Source: a virus
Lineage: Duplodnaviria; Caudoviricetes
Virus record (IMG/VR): IMGVR_UViG_3300027983_002388
Length of the DNA: 64,000 bases
Reading direction: 5' to 3' (one strand)
Of the stretch, positions 25,466 through 35,738 are shown piece after piece. Within the stretch, counting starts at the first letter, position 1, and the number at the start of each line of letters is the position of its first letter. Both the position numbers and the translations under genes were made by a program. The notes under the pieces are model-generated. The model did not search any database. It was not told the origin of the DNA and saw only the letters and a list, made by a program, of their open reading frames with translations.

Positions 25466-26077
25466 ATGAACATGCTTTATTGCTCAATCGACATTGAAAC
25501 AACAGGACTCAATCCAAAAACTTGCGATATTGTGCAGTTTGCGGCAATAATTGATGATCTGTCTAATCCGCAGCCACTCGAAAAGCTGCCGAAGTTTCAA
25601 ACTCATTTCGCACAGCCAACATATACTGGCGAGCCATACGCCTTGGGGATGCACCCTCAAATATTCAAGAAAATCGCCGATGCTCAAAAGAAGCGAATTG
25701 AAGAGAATGAATTCGGCGACCGATTCATGAATATTCTCGACCTGCCTTCTGCATTCAAGAACTTCTTAACACAGAATGGCGTCCCAGAAGACCCAAAGAG
25801 CGGTCGGGTCAGAATTACTATGGCAGGCAAGAATGTAGCTATGTTCGATCTTCCATTTTTGAACAAGAAGCTCAAAAAGCATTGGGGCGACATCACGATT
25901 TTACATCGTGTGATTGACCCGGCAATCCTTTATTATCAACCTGGAGATAAAAACCTGCCTGACTCGGCAACATGCCTGGAGCGAGCAGGATACGCTGGAG
26001 AAGTGGCTCACACGGCTCTGGAAGACGCCTTAATGGTCGTCAAGCTGGTACGACACAAGTTGCTGCCAAAGACTTAA
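25466..26077 (+). CDS. DEDDh 3'-5' exonuclease (DnaQ-like)
   Basis: SIDIETTGL, GKNVAMFDLPFL, HTALEDA. Confidence 0.88.
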   Translation: MNMLYCSIDIETTGLNPKTCDIVQFAAIIDDLSNPQPLEKLPKFQTHFAQPTYTGEPYALGMHPQIFKKIADAQKKRIEENEFGDRFMNILDLPSAFKNFLTQNGVPEDPKSGRVRITMAGKNVAMFDLPFLNKKLKKHWGDITILHRVIDPAILYYQPGDKNLPDSATCLERAGYAGEVAHTALEDALMVVKLVRHKLLPKT

Positions 26078-26400
26078 TCGAACCGTGAAACCTCCCATTC
26101 TGCGTCGATGGGTCTTGGAACAATCCTCTTTTTTCGGTTTTTGAATCGCACCTCGGCTTCGGCAGAAATTCTGAACGAATCAGTTGAACCATTACGAGCT
26201 AGGTCTTCAAGGATTTCCTTGTCGATCTCGCTCGCAATTTCTTGCGCTATAATATCAGCCAATGATTTTGCTGCATCTATGTTGTACAAATCTTGTGCGG
26301 CTTCCATGCTCCATACGGCTTTTAGCTTGCGTTGGACTGGAACAATTTCCTGGGACTCTATGCCCAACACGATTTCAGGGGCATACATACTTGTTGACAT
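26074..26400 (-). CDS. Short T4 gp23 major-capsid-like fragment
   Basis: RKLKAVWSMEAAQDL...IIAQEIASEIDKEIL matches the gp23 core motif. Confidence 0.7.
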   Translation of the reverse strand: MSTSMYAPEIVLGIESQEIVPVQRKLKAVWSMEAAQDLYNIDAAKSLADIIAQEIASEIDKEILEDLARNGSTDSFRISAEAEVRFKNRKKRIVPRPIDAEWEVSRFD

Positions 26401-26522
26401 ATTTTTTAATTGAGGAAATGCCATGTGTTGTGGTTCAAAACGGAGTGGTACAAGAGGCAGTAAATCTGGTAGAATAACCCGTGCCAGGAAGATCATACAA
26501 ACTCAGGCAATAGATACAAACA

Positions 26523-27965
26523 ATGAGCAACCTACTGAGAATAGAGAACGATTACTCGTACTTCCTGTCGGAAGACCTACAGACGAAACACGAGATTTGG
26601 GATCGTCTGAGATTCAGGGACAAGAACTACTTCCATAACCGTGCATACAAAATGCGGAAGTGGGATGGTTATATCCAATTCTTCGCTATGGAAACAGGCA
26701 AATTTCTCACAGGGTTGCTTCCTGAAGTCACGGCTGTTCTACGACATTTCAAAATTGATTTTGTTGTAGAAGACAACCGGAAGAAAACCTCTTTTATTTA
26801 TGAAGAAGTAGATCAAAATTTCTTAAATCAATGGCTTCCAGCTAAAACATTGGGCGGCGATCCAATGAAGCCGGTTACACTACATGATTATCAAGTTGAA
26901 CTCATCAATCAAGTCCTGAAGCATCGAAGGGGCGTTATTTATGCTCCCACCAGTGCCGGTAAAACTTTCATCATGTTGGGAATCCTGAAGTCGATCCCAC
27001 CAGGAACTCCCACTCTTGTTCTTCAAAACAGAGTAACGCTCGCCCAACAGAATTATGATGAAATCAACAATTGGGGTTTCAATAATGTAGGCACTCTTTG
27101 GGGTGGTGCGGTAAAACCAAATGTTATCACTGTTGCCAGCGTCCAAAGTGTTGCAAAAATTGAAAAACTTTTGCCTAAAATAAAAGTCCTCATCGTCGAT
27201 GAAATCCACGATATGATGAGTGCTTTACCAAAAGCTGTATATCGTCGCTTGAAGGCTTGTGATATACGAGTTGCAGTCAGTGCTACACCATTCAAATTTG
27301 GCGGCACAGACAACGTACAGAAGTTCCACGTTCGAGGATTCTTTGGTCCTATCCTCAAAGTGAAGAGTGCAGCAACCGGCGTATTGACGACTGCCGAGCT
27401 TCAAGGGCGAGGCATTCTATCATCCAGCAAGTGTACATTCTATCCTATTTATGAACCGATGATCCCGCACGACATCTATATCGATGCCGTGACCAGAGGA
27501 ATTGCGGAGTCCTATCATTTCCATAGAATTGTAACCAGACTGGCAAAGTTACAAACCGGACGAACTTTAATTTTGGTAGATCGAGTAGCACATGGAGATG
27601 CTTTACATAATTTACTACCAGGAAGTTTATGGGTGCAAGGAAAAGACACCCAAGCCACTCGCAAGGGAGTAATTAAACAACTACAAAAAGATGAACATTG
27701 TATTGCTATTGCGACACAACAGATATTCAACACAGGAGTGAATTGTCACATCCACAATCTTATCAACTGCGCAGGAGGTTCTGCCGAACATATGATAATT
27801 CAAAGAATGGGTAGAGGACTACGAACCGCTGCTGATAAAGCAGTTTTGAACTATTACGATTTTCTTTTCAAGATCAACGATTATCTTGAAAAACACAGCA
27901 ATGATCGTATAGCCATATTAAAAAGAGAAGGTCATGAAATTATCGTAAAAGAAATTGATTTCTAG
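26523..27965 (+). CDS. uvsW: SF2 DNA helicase, T4 UvsW-like
   Basis: LHDYQ, APTSAGKT, IVDEIH, SATP, QRMGRGLR. Confidence 0.85.
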   Translation: MSNLLRIENDYSYFLSEDLQTKHEIWDRLRFRDKNYFHNRAYKMRKWDGYIQFFAMETGKFLTGLLPEVTAVLRHFKIDFVVEDNRKKTSFIYEEVDQNFLNQWLPAKTLGGDPMKPVTLHDYQVELINQVLKHRRGVIYAPTSAGKTFIMLGILKSIPPGTPTLVLQNRVTLAQQNYDEINNWGFNNVGTLWGGAVKPNVITVASVQSVAKIEKLLPKIKVLIVDEIHDMMSALPKAVYRRLKACDIRVAVSATPFKFGGTDNVQKFHVRGFFGPILKVKSAATGVLTTAELQGRGILSSSKCTFYPIYEPMIPHDIYIDAVTRGIAESYHFHRIVTRLAKLQTGRTLILVDRVAHGDALHNLLPGSLWVQGKDTQATRKGVIKQLQKDEHCIAIATQQIFNTGVNCHIHNLINCAGGSAEHMIIQRMGRGLRTAADKAVLNYYDFLFKINDYLEKHSNDRIAILKREGHEIIVKEIDF

Positions 27966-28318
27966 TCAACTCAAGCATACGGGCTACAACAAAATATTGC
28001 TCAAGGAAATGCAAAGGCATAGACAAACGAAAAATCAAAAATGAAGGAATTAGACAGTGCAACAAATGCAAAGAAATATTGCCTATGTCAAACTTTGGAA
28101 ACAAAAAATGTCATTATTGCTTTGATGATCTCAATCCAACTGGAACAGGACTTGATAGAAAAGATAATGACAAAGGATACTTAATCGATAATGTGGTTTC
28201 TTGTTGTTGTACTTGCAACAGAATGAGATCGGATAAATTCAGCTACGAAGAAATGCTTGTGCTGTCTGTGACAATTAGAGCAATCAAGGAAAAAAGAGTT
28301 TCTAATGGACACTCCTGA
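27966..28318 (+). pseudogene. Degenerate HNH homing endonuclease remnant
   Basis: Frame reads KYCSRKCKG...CNKC...CHYC...GLDRKDNDKGYLIDNVVSCCCTCN with no proper start. Confidence 0.6.
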
Positions 28319-28610
28319 TTACGAACCAGAATTCTATGAGAAACAGATCAAGATGATGGAGGACAGATACTCCAAATTGTTCAAGAAATGGAATCTCAGT
28401 TGGGATGCGTATCACAACCATGTTATCGAAAAACTCAGAAACAAACGATATTGGGTGTGGTGCTACCTGTGCGGCTTCGAGAAGTTTGTACAGGAACAAG
28501 GTGATACAAAACGGGGTCGCTGTGATCGCCTTTACAAAGATGCCGACGAACGTATCAGACGTATCGTTGGCGATTACTTCAAAATACAATATTATGTGAA
28601 ATCATTATGA
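28305..28610 (+). CDS. Hypothetical protein (CYLC, CDRL)
   Basis: Coupled ORF. Confidence 0.65.
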   Translation: MDTPDYEPEFYEKQIKMMEDRYSKLFKKWNLSWDAYHNHVIEKLRNKRYWVWCYLCGFEKFVQEQGDTKRGRCDRLYKDADERIRRIVGDYFKIQYYVKSL

Positions 28611-28813
28611 TTGCATTCATTAAAAAAATACCTTCGGTGCTGTTGTTCCTTCTCCTTGCCCTTGTGTACATCACTTGTGGTTACGTGATTGGCTATCACC
28701 AAGGATATAAAGCCGGACAAGAAGATTACATCGTTTACATCAACAAGGTATTAGAAAATGCCGATGTGGGTAAAATTGATAACGCACCAGTTGATGTCAA
28801 AAAACAACCTTAA
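28607..28813 (+). CDS. Small membrane protein
   Basis: TM helix followed by GYHQGYKAG. Confidence 0.65.
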   Translation: MIAFIKKIPSVLLFLLLALVYITCGYVIGYHQGYKAGQEDYIVYINKVLENADVGKIDNAPVDVKKQP

Positions 28814-30762
28814 ACAATAGTAAAAATGTCCCCTTGGAATCCTTGCAAGCCCCGACTGTTTTGAGCGCCTTGAGGGCCTTGGAATCCCTGGAATCCAATC
28901 GTCGCCACTCCCAAACTAACAACCTGACCATTGGAAAATAAAGTTCCGATGTCAGATAAGTAGCCAACGGAAAAGTTATAGTCGCCTGCGTTTTTTACAA
29001 CACTATTTGCCTCGAAAAACACATATTGAACTGCCGATCCCTCAGATGTTATGTACAACAGCGTTCCTATGCCTAAGCGATCAAGAACTCCTTGTTGTCC
29101 AACTCCATTTCTATCTGTTCTTGAAATATCCACATTAGTCACCGAAGACTTAGTGGCATGGTTGAATCTAATTTCACCTGAAGCCGCTGCCATTGTTGTG
29201 CTAGTGTTAAATGTATATGGAACGACAAATCCAACCATGACGGTGCCTTGGAAGCCTTGTGTTCCCTGACTGCCTTTCGTTGCTTGATTACCCTGAAATC
29301 CTTGGTTACCCTGCGGTCCTTGATGTCCTTGACGACCTTGGCTCCCAATAAACCCTTGTAATCCTTGTGATCCCGCTAGACCCTGATTGCCTTGGCTTCC
29401 TTGGCTTCCTTGATTACCTTGCCGACCTTGGTTGCCTTGAGAGCCTTGCGACCCTTGAGGACTACTGCCCTGGTTCCCCTGGTTCCCCTGGTTTCCTTGA
29501 CGACCTTGGTTGCCTTGAGAGCCTGTGGCTCCGATAACGCCTTGGTTGCCTTGAGAGCCTTGCGACCCTTGAGGACTGCTGCCCTGGTTTCCTTGTGAAC
29601 CTTGATTTCCCTGAGTTCCCTGGTTGCCTTGAAAGCCACGGTTGCCTTGATTTCCCTGAAAACCTTGGTTTCCCTGAGAATCTACTCCTTGGTTTCCTAC
29701 AAAACCTTGATTGCCTTGGTTGCCCTGATTGCCAATGTTACCCGCACTACCAACTGCTCCCTGCAATCCTGTCGGGCCATTGATCCATTCGAGTTGGGTA
29801 GTATCGGAATTCGTCTGCATATAGATATCGCCGCTATCGACACAAGCATAAACATTACCGTTTGCAGTGGCAGTCATACCAATCCAATTTCTCGAAGTTT
29901 GGCTTAGTGCAACGAAGTTCCCTGCTCCATTTGTCTGCATATAGATATCGCCAACCCAAACAGCAGCGTAAACATTGCCGTTTGGAGCGGTAGTCATGCC
30001 GTCCCAACCTCTAGTAGTCTGGCTTAGCGTAACGAAGCTACCTACTCCACCAGTCTGCATATAAATATCGCCGTTAAAGACACAAGCATAAACATTACCG
30101 TTTGAAGCGGTAGTCATGGCATACCAATTTCTAGTAGTCTGGCTTAGTGCAACGAAGTTCCCTGCTCCACCAGTCTGCATAAAAATATCGCCGCCCCAGA
30201 CACAAGCATAAACATTACCGTTTGGAGCCGTAGTCATGCCGAACCAAGCTCTCGCAGTCTGGCTTAGAGCAACGAAGTTCCCTACTCCGCCAGTCTGCAT
30301 ATAGATATCGCCGTTGTTGACACCAGCATAAACATTGCCGTTTGGAGCGGCAGTCAGAACAGTCCACTGCCTAGTAGTCTGGCTTAGCGTAACGAAGTTG
30401 CCTGCTCCACCAGTCTGCATAAAGATATCGTCATTATAGACGCAAGCATAAACATTACCGTTTGGAGCGGTAGTCATGCCATACCACCGCCTAGTAGTCT
30501 GGCTTAGTCCATCGAAAACAATGCTTCCGGGATAGCCCATAACTTGGCCAGGACTACCAACTGTGTTTGCAAATTGATATTGACTCTGAACCCCTAAAGT
30601 CACTGCTTGGAAATTGCCCATAGAGACAATATTGCCAAATCTAACAGCCACATTAGACGGACTTGGAGAATCAACACTTAGGTCCGGGTCATACCAATAC
30701 TGCACCTTATATTGATTGATTAAACTGGCTTCGGAATCAAATATAGATACAGATAATGTCAT
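28810..30762 (-). CDS. Collagen-like fibre protein with a 6-repeat beta-propeller
   Basis: Six 40-aa repeats (SQTTRxWxGMTTAPNGNVYACVxxxDIYMQT), long G-X-Q triplets, PYTFN...GEIRFN C-terminal domain. Confidence 0.85.
   Translation of the reverse strand: MTLSVSIFDSEASLINQYKVQYWYDPDLSVDSPSPSNVAVRFGNIVSMGNFQAVTLGVQSQYQFANTVGSPGQVMGYPGSIVFDGLSQTTRRWYGMTTAPNGNVYACVYNDDIFMQTGGAGNFVTLSQTTRQWTVLTAAPNGNVYAGVNNGDIYMQTGGVGNFVALSQTARAWFGMTTAPNGNVYACVWGGDIFMQTGGAGNFVALSQTTRNWYAMTTASNGNVYACVFNGDIYMQTGGVGSFVTLSQTTRGWDGMTTAPNGNVYAAVWVGDIYMQTNGAGNFVALSQTSRNWIGMTATANGNVYACVDSGDIYMQTNSDTTQLEWINGPTGLQGAVGSAGNIGNQGNQGNQGFVGNQGVDSQGNQGFQGNQGNRGFQGNQGTQGNQGSQGNQGSSPQGSQGSQGNQGVIGATGSQGNQGRQGNQGNQGNQGSSPQGSQGSQGNQGRQGNQGSQGSQGNQGLAGSQGLQGFIGSQGRQGHQGPQGNQGFQGNQATKGSQGTQGFQGTVMVGFVVPYTFNTSTTMAAASGEIRFNHATKSSVTNVDISRTDRNGVGQQGVLDRLGIGTLLYITSEGSAVQYVFFEANSVVKNAGDYNFSVGYLSDIGTLFSNGQVVSLGVATIGFQGFQGPQGAQNSRGLQGFQGDIFTIV
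29790..30507 (-). repeat. 120-bp coding tandem repeat x6
   Basis: GGCTTAG...AACGAAG recurs every 120 bp. Confidence 0.9.
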
Positions 30763-31718
30763 GCGTTGTTGTTATCCAGCAACAATAAAGGAAAGCCGCC
30801 CACCCATGCTGCTTGCGCCGCAATTGTTGCTGCTGGGTTGGTCAAAGCACCGGCAGACACGGCGAATTGGGCATATCCACCATCCATGAAGCCATTATCA
30901 ATGTTAATCGAACCGGGCCATGCTTTGGGCAATACTACTATTTGTCCCGTGGTTGCAGCAAGGCTCGGTCCACAACACAACATGCCTGCTGTTGTGCTTG
31001 TTGTGCTGGCCGACACGGCCATAAAATACAATTGGTCCTTGGACAGCGTTAGAGCAAGATCATCGCCAACTTTGCCCCATGTGCTCGCCGTTGTGGTAAT
31101 CGACATTTGCCCCGTCAATCTTTCCAACGTATCGCCGTTGTAGATCGCAGTTTGGTAAATTCCTGTGACATTACCAACGCCATAGAATCGAATCGTGTTT
31201 ACTATAATATTTTTTGGCGGTCTAAAATAGCTAATTCGGGCAATGGTGTTTGTTATATTGGTGGGTGTTGCTGCGATAGTGCCAGACATCTGAGCCATGC
31301 GCATGCCTTGCTGTGGATCGCTCCTGCCATAAGTCCAATGCAATTGTCCTTGCCAAGAATCGACAACGGATAAACCAGTATCAGATAAGTTGAAACCACT
31401 CTCAGCAAAATAGGTTATTGTGCCACTGGGTCCAATAGATATTTCTTTATACAGATTTTTTGAATTTGTCCCGTCATGGTGTAGGATTGTGACCACCACC
31501 GATGTCGTGTCGTCATTTGATATAATCAAACTTTTGACATTTCTTGTGCCTGATGATGGGCTGCTAACAACTGTTGTTGTTGTAGCACTTGAAATCGTTG
31601 TTGTTTGTCGTCCTGGAACAACCGTAGTATCATAATCCATGTAGCTTGAGTAAACACTCAAGCTAGTGGTGGTTGCCGTAGTGATCCGAATAGTATCAGT
31701 AGTTGCTAGGATAATCAT
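30759..31718 (-). CDS. Putative virion structural protein (Thr/Ser-rich, beta-rich)
   Basis: Lies between the collagen genes; TATAGATACAGC-ATG upstream. Confidence 0.65.
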   Translation of the reverse strand: MIILATTDTIRITTATTTSLSVYSSYMDYDTTVVPGRQTTTISSATTTTVVSSPSSGTRNVKSLIISNDDTTSVVVTILHHDGTNSKNLYKEISIGPSGTITYFAESGFNLSDTGLSVVDSWQGQLHWTYGRSDPQQGMRMAQMSGTIAATPTNITNTIARISYFRPPKNIIVNTIRFYGVGNVTGIYQTAIYNGDTLERLTGQMSITTTASTWGKVGDDLALTLSKDQLYFMAVSASTTSTTAGMLCCGPSLAATTGQIVVLPKAWPGSINIDNGFMDGGYAQFAVSAGALTNPAATIAAQAAWVGGFPLLLLDNNNA

Positions 31719-31762
31719 GCTGTATCTATATGCCCTTCAAAATTTTGTGAAATACAATCTTA

Positions 31763-33070
31763 TTATGGTCCGCACCATTCGCCTTGGTGTCCTTGGTAGC
31801 CCTTATCGCCCTGGAAGCCTTGGTAACCTTGGTAGCCCTGATGACCTTGGTATCCAATAATTGCGACACCTAATCCAATATTGGCCGAGTTTGAAAACAA
31901 CGAGCCTCCATTTGATAGGTATCCAACAGAAAAGTTATATTCTGTTGCGTTTTTCGTAACACTATTCGCCTGGAAAAAAGCGTGCTGCGTTGCAGTGATT
32001 TCAGAAGAAAATCTCATTAAAGTCCCAGACGCCATTCTATCGAGAATAGATTGATGACCAATTCCATTGCGGTCAGTTCTGGATACGTCGATATTAGTGA
32101 CAGCGGCTACTGTGGAATTATTGAATCGAATTTCACCTGTTGCCGATGACATCGCTGTGTTAGTGTTAAAGGTGTATGGCAAGCCAAAACCCAATCCAGA
32201 TATACCTTGGTTGCCCTGATTTCCGGTTAACCCTTGATTGCCTTGGAATCCTTGATTGCCTTGTAATCCTTGACTGCCTTGATTCCCCTGGTTGCCTTGT
32301 AACCCTTGATTTCCGGTCAACCCTTGGTTTCCTTGATTTCCTTGATTGCCTTGGTTTCCTTGATTTCCTTGATTGCCTTGATTGCCTTGAAAACCCTGTG
32401 AACCAGTTACACCAGCCGTGCCTTGATTGCCTTGTGAACCTTGATTTCCTTGGTTTCCTTGATTTCCTTGATTGCCTTGGTTTCCTTGATTTCCTTGATT
32501 GCCTTGATTACCCTGAAAGCCAACTGTTCCTGACGCTCCTTGATTTCCCTGAAAGCCTTGATTGCCCTGATTTCCTTGCGTTCCTTGATTTCCCTGATTT
32601 CCTTGTAAACCTTGTAAACCTTGATTACCCTGAAAGCCAACTGTTCCTGACGCTCCCTGAAAGCCTTGATTGCCCTGATCTCCTTGCGTTCCTTGATTTT
32701 TTCCTTGTAAACCTTGTGCGCCAATGCTGGTATCGACCCAAGCTAATTGACTGACGCCTTGATAACCAATGGCTTGTCCTGCGGTGCCTACAGTTGTAGG
32801 AAATTGATACTGGCTCTGTACGCCAATTGATGCTGCTTGAACATTGCCCAAAGAAATCATCGCACCAGTGCGCATCAACATATGCACTTCGGTAGTGGTT
32901 AGTTCAAGGCTGTCTTTAGCCATCACTAAGTCACTGAGAGCTTGTATAAAGCCATCAGCGTCTACTGAATCAATCTCTATGTTCTGGGGGTGAGTCGAAA
33001 CGACGGTGCCATTCTCGTCAACCACCAAGTAGGTTGCTGTTAGCACTGGTTTAGTTATTACAATTGGCAT
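31763..33070 (-). CDS. Collagen-like fibre protein, paralog of 28810..30762 without the propeller
   Basis: G-N-Q triplets; shared GVQSQYQF and PYTFN...GEIRFN...DRNG domains; TATATAAA upstream at 33114..33121. Confidence 0.85.
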   Translation of the reverse strand: MPIVITKPVLTATYLVVDENGTVVSTHPQNIEIDSVDADGFIQALSDLVMAKDSLELTTTEVHMLMRTGAMISLGNVQAASIGVQSQYQFPTTVGTAGQAIGYQGVSQLAWVDTSIGAQGLQGKNQGTQGDQGNQGFQGASGTVGFQGNQGLQGLQGNQGNQGTQGNQGNQGFQGNQGASGTVGFQGNQGNQGNQGNQGNQGNQGNQGNQGSQGNQGTAGVTGSQGFQGNQGNQGNQGNQGNQGNQGNQGLTGNQGLQGNQGNQGSQGLQGNQGFQGNQGLTGNQGNQGISGLGFGLPYTFNTNTAMSSATGEIRFNNSTVAAVTNIDVSRTDRNGIGHQSILDRMASGTLMRFSSEITATQHAFFQANSVTKNATEYNFSVGYLSNGGSLFSNSANIGLGVAIIGYQGHQGYQGYQGFQGDKGYQGHQGEWCGP

Positions 33071-33137
33071 TCTATGATTTCTCCACTCTCTTAAAGCAGC
33101 GTCAAGCAGTCGTTTTATATAGTGGAGTTCGGAAAAA

Positions 33138-34034
33138 ATGATGCCAAATTACGATCCTGAACATTTATGGTGGGAACCATACAAGCAGCACCCGAAAAAA
33201 AGCAGGATAATCCCGAAAATTATTCATCAGATGTGGATTGGAGAAAATCCACCAATGAATCTTATAAACACCTGGAAAGAGCAAAATCCTGAGTGGCGGC
33301 ACATATTGTGGACGGACAAAACACTCAAAGAGTGGAAATTTCGTAATCAAGACAAACTTGACCATATGTCCGAACCTAACGGCAAATGTGATATTATGCG
33401 ATATGAAATACTTTATCGCATGGGTGGTTTTTTCGTGGACGCCGACACAATTTGTATTAGGCCGTTAGAGGAAAAGCTGTTCGAGTACGATTGTGTGTCG
33501 GTATATGAAGGCGAAAAACAACGTGGTGGCTTGATCGCTTGCGGTTTCATGGCTTGTCAGCCTCGATGCGAACTAATGAAACTCTGCATTGAAGGAATCG
33601 AAAAAGTCGCAAGTCCGGCGTGGTGGCATGTGGGTCCAGCTTATTTCACCCACATTGTAAAAATCCACAAATATCCAATCAGAATCTATCCATCTCATTA
33701 TTTCATACCAAAACACTACGCTGGTCCAATGTACAAAGGCCCTGGACCTGTTTTTTGCGATCACCTTTGGGGAGTAACCTATGAAGGAGGATATGAGCGA
33801 TTTGTTGGTCTTATGCCAAAGAATCGGACAATCCAAGTTCAGCAGCCAAAAGTTCAGCAGCGTCAGCCAAGGCTTCAAATGGCTGGTATTTGCCGTCGTA
33901 TGGGTATTTTATGTCAATCCCGATACATGATACAGGATCATACATCAAATCAATCTCTTGAGCATGATGGTCAACCGTGTAGCCGAGTGCCAAACTCTGC
34001 AACTCAGGTAATGAAGGTGCGATCCCCTTCTTAG
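33138..34034 (+). CDS. Glycosyltransferase GT32 (DxD, Och1-like)
   Basis: IPKIIHQMWIG, CDIMRYEILYRMGGFFVDAD, GPAYF. Confidence 0.88.
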   Translation: MMPNYDPEHLWWEPYKQHPKKSRIIPKIIHQMWIGENPPMNLINTWKEQNPEWRHILWTDKTLKEWKFRNQDKLDHMSEPNGKCDIMRYEILYRMGGFFVDADTICIRPLEEKLFEYDCVSVYEGEKQRGGLIACGFMACQPRCELMKLCIEGIEKVASPAWWHVGPAYFTHIVKIHKYPIRIYPSHYFIPKHYAGPMYKGPGPVFCDHLWGVTYEGGYERFVGLMPKNRTIQVQQPKVQQRQPRLQMAGICRRMGILCQSRYMIQDHTSNQSLEHDGQPCSRVPNSATQVMKVRSPS

Positions 34035-34728
34035 CACGATCAAAGAACATTTTCCAATGCGACCAATCTGGTCGTAGCCCTCTATTTGCTGGATTGGCTA
34101 ATTTTGCTGTCCATCCAACGAGGGCTTTTTTCATGAATTGGTCTGCTGACCGAATGGGAAAATGAGCCAGATGCAGATGTGGTGAAATCACCATTCGCAA
34201 TACGCCGTCTCCCAAATAAACCTCGTGACACCCCTCTCGCATATGTGTATTCATGTCCAATATTGGACCTGGAATCATTGTTTTGTGCTGATTAGGATTG
34301 ATGTGTTTATTGCGATAGCAGATGTCCCTCAAAATATGAAAATTATCCTCTTTGGTCGGAGCATAGTTCCACCACAATGCCGAAAGAGTGCATGGATAGT
34401 TTTTTGGCAAATCATGAGCAGCCTGTCGAATGTCTCCCACAACGAACTCATCAGCGTCTATTGCCATCAACACAGAAGGCTTGTGTTTCTCTCGAACCTC
34501 TTTAAGAAGACTTGTCATGGCCTCGCCCTGAGCGTGGTAAAAAGAAGTTGACTGAGTCACCGTCAGTGGCAGTCCCTCTTTAACCAAGGCGGCAAGGATG
34601 TCTGAAGTGCCGTCTTTGCTTAGATGGTCGATGATAAACACATGATCGAAAATTATAGCATGATACCTGACAAACAATTCAATGATGTCAGCTTCGTTGC
34701 GAACAATACTTATAACAGCACTTTTCAT
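33811..34728 (-). CDS. Glycosyltransferase (GT2-like)
   Basis: IVRNEADII, IIDHLSKDGT, AIDADEF, LAHFPIRS. Confidence 0.85.
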   Translation of the reverse strand: MKSAVISIVRNEADIIELFVRYHAIIFDHVFIIDHLSKDGTSDILAALVKEGLPLTVTQSTSFYHAQGEAMTSLLKEVREKHKPSVLMAIDADEFVVGDIRQAAHDLPKNYPCTLSALWWNYAPTKEDNFHILRDICYRNKHINPNQHKTMIPGPILDMNTHMREGCHEVYLGDGVLRMVISPHLHLAHFPIRSADQFMKKALVGWTAKLANPANRGLRPDWSHWKMFFDRAKKGIAPSLPELQSLALGYTVDHHAQEIDLMYDPVSCIGIDIKYPYDGKYQPFEALADAAELLAAELGLSDSLA

Positions 34729-35738
34729 GGTAGCTTAATGCCCTTCTTTTTCAACAATGATTGTTGAATGAAATGACCCCAATGCTGGGACATAAACTTA
34801 TCATGCCACGGCAATATTTCTTTGCTAATTCCCCGTGACATATTAAAAAGAATCTCTGGATTATCTTTTAAGAAAAGAATCTTCTCTGCACAGGCTTCGG
34901 CATTGCGATCAATGATGAATAAATTTTTGAAGTAATCGCAATAACCAACCTTAGTCATAATAGGAACACACCCACATGCGGCAGCTTCGTGTAGAGTGCA
35001 TGGACCACCTTCAGAAATAGACAAGCAAACGAACACCTGACATTCATTGTACAATGAATTCATTTCTTCTGGAGTCCGCTTGTTGTTGAATGAATCGGTA
35101 AGAATCTCAACAAATTCAATGTCGGTTCGATGGGCGAGTAATTCTTTAACCCGTTGCCAGATCGGATAACCCTTGTGATCCAATCGAACAATGCTCGACG
35201 AAAAGAAAACCTTGAACTTTCTTTTCTGAATTGGCATGTCAGGACCAAATACATGCAAATCTACACCATCAAATGTTGTGTAGATATTGCTGAATCCTGC
35301 TTTGGAAAAATTTTCGTATGCCCAAGGATTGTTGACAGACAAGGCATTGAATACAGCATATCTTCTCAGATCGTTTTGAATCAACTCCAAAGGAGTAACC
35401 TCGTTCTGAGTCAGAATAAACTGCGTGCCTTTTTTGTTTTGGTCGGCAACAAAAGCAAACCAACGATCATAACCAGGGACGTTATAGCCGTGAAGATGCC
35501 AAATCACATCGTACTTTTTTTGTCTCATCATATCTTCCCAATAACCAAATTCAGGGGCGAGATCACAACGAGCGTAGCCGATGTCTATTTCAAATTGTGG
35601 CAGATACTTTCTGTATTGATGTCCTTTAATGTCGAAGCTCCAGTTGGGAACATCAGCAACATAAAGCACTTTTGGCTTAATGGAATATTCAAATAAATGA
35701 GGCGGATTTAGATTGAATAAAGTGGTTTCTTGACTCAT
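34725..35738 (-). CDS. Glycosyltransferase GT4
   Basis: GVDLHVF, DHKG, SISEGGPCTLHEAAACG. Confidence 0.85.
   Translation of the reverse strand: MSQETTLFNLNPPHLFEYSIKPKVLYVADVPNWSFDIKGHQYRKYLPQFEIDIGYARCDLAPEFGYWEDMMRQKKYDVIWHLHGYNVPGYDRWFAFVADQNKKGTQFILTQNEVTPLELIQNDLRRYAVFNALSVNNPWAYENFSKAGFSNIYTTFDGVDLHVFGPDMPIQKRKFKVFFSSSIVRLDHKGYPIWQRVKELLAHRTDIEFVEILTDSFNNKRTPEEMNSLYNECQVFVCLSISEGGPCTLHEAAACGCVPIMTKVGYCDYFKNLFIIDRNAEACAEKILFLKDNPEILFNMSRGISKEILPWHDKFMSQHWGHFIQQSLLKKKGIKLP

Noticed and set aside
26423-26638. 71-aa plus-strand ORF (MCCGSK...)
   Set aside because: It overlaps uvsW out of frame and has no recognisable motif; it is possible but unsupported.
29790-30507. Diversity-generating retroelement target
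   Set aside because: Differences are not adenine-specific, and there is no reverse transcriptase or non-coding template repeat in the window.
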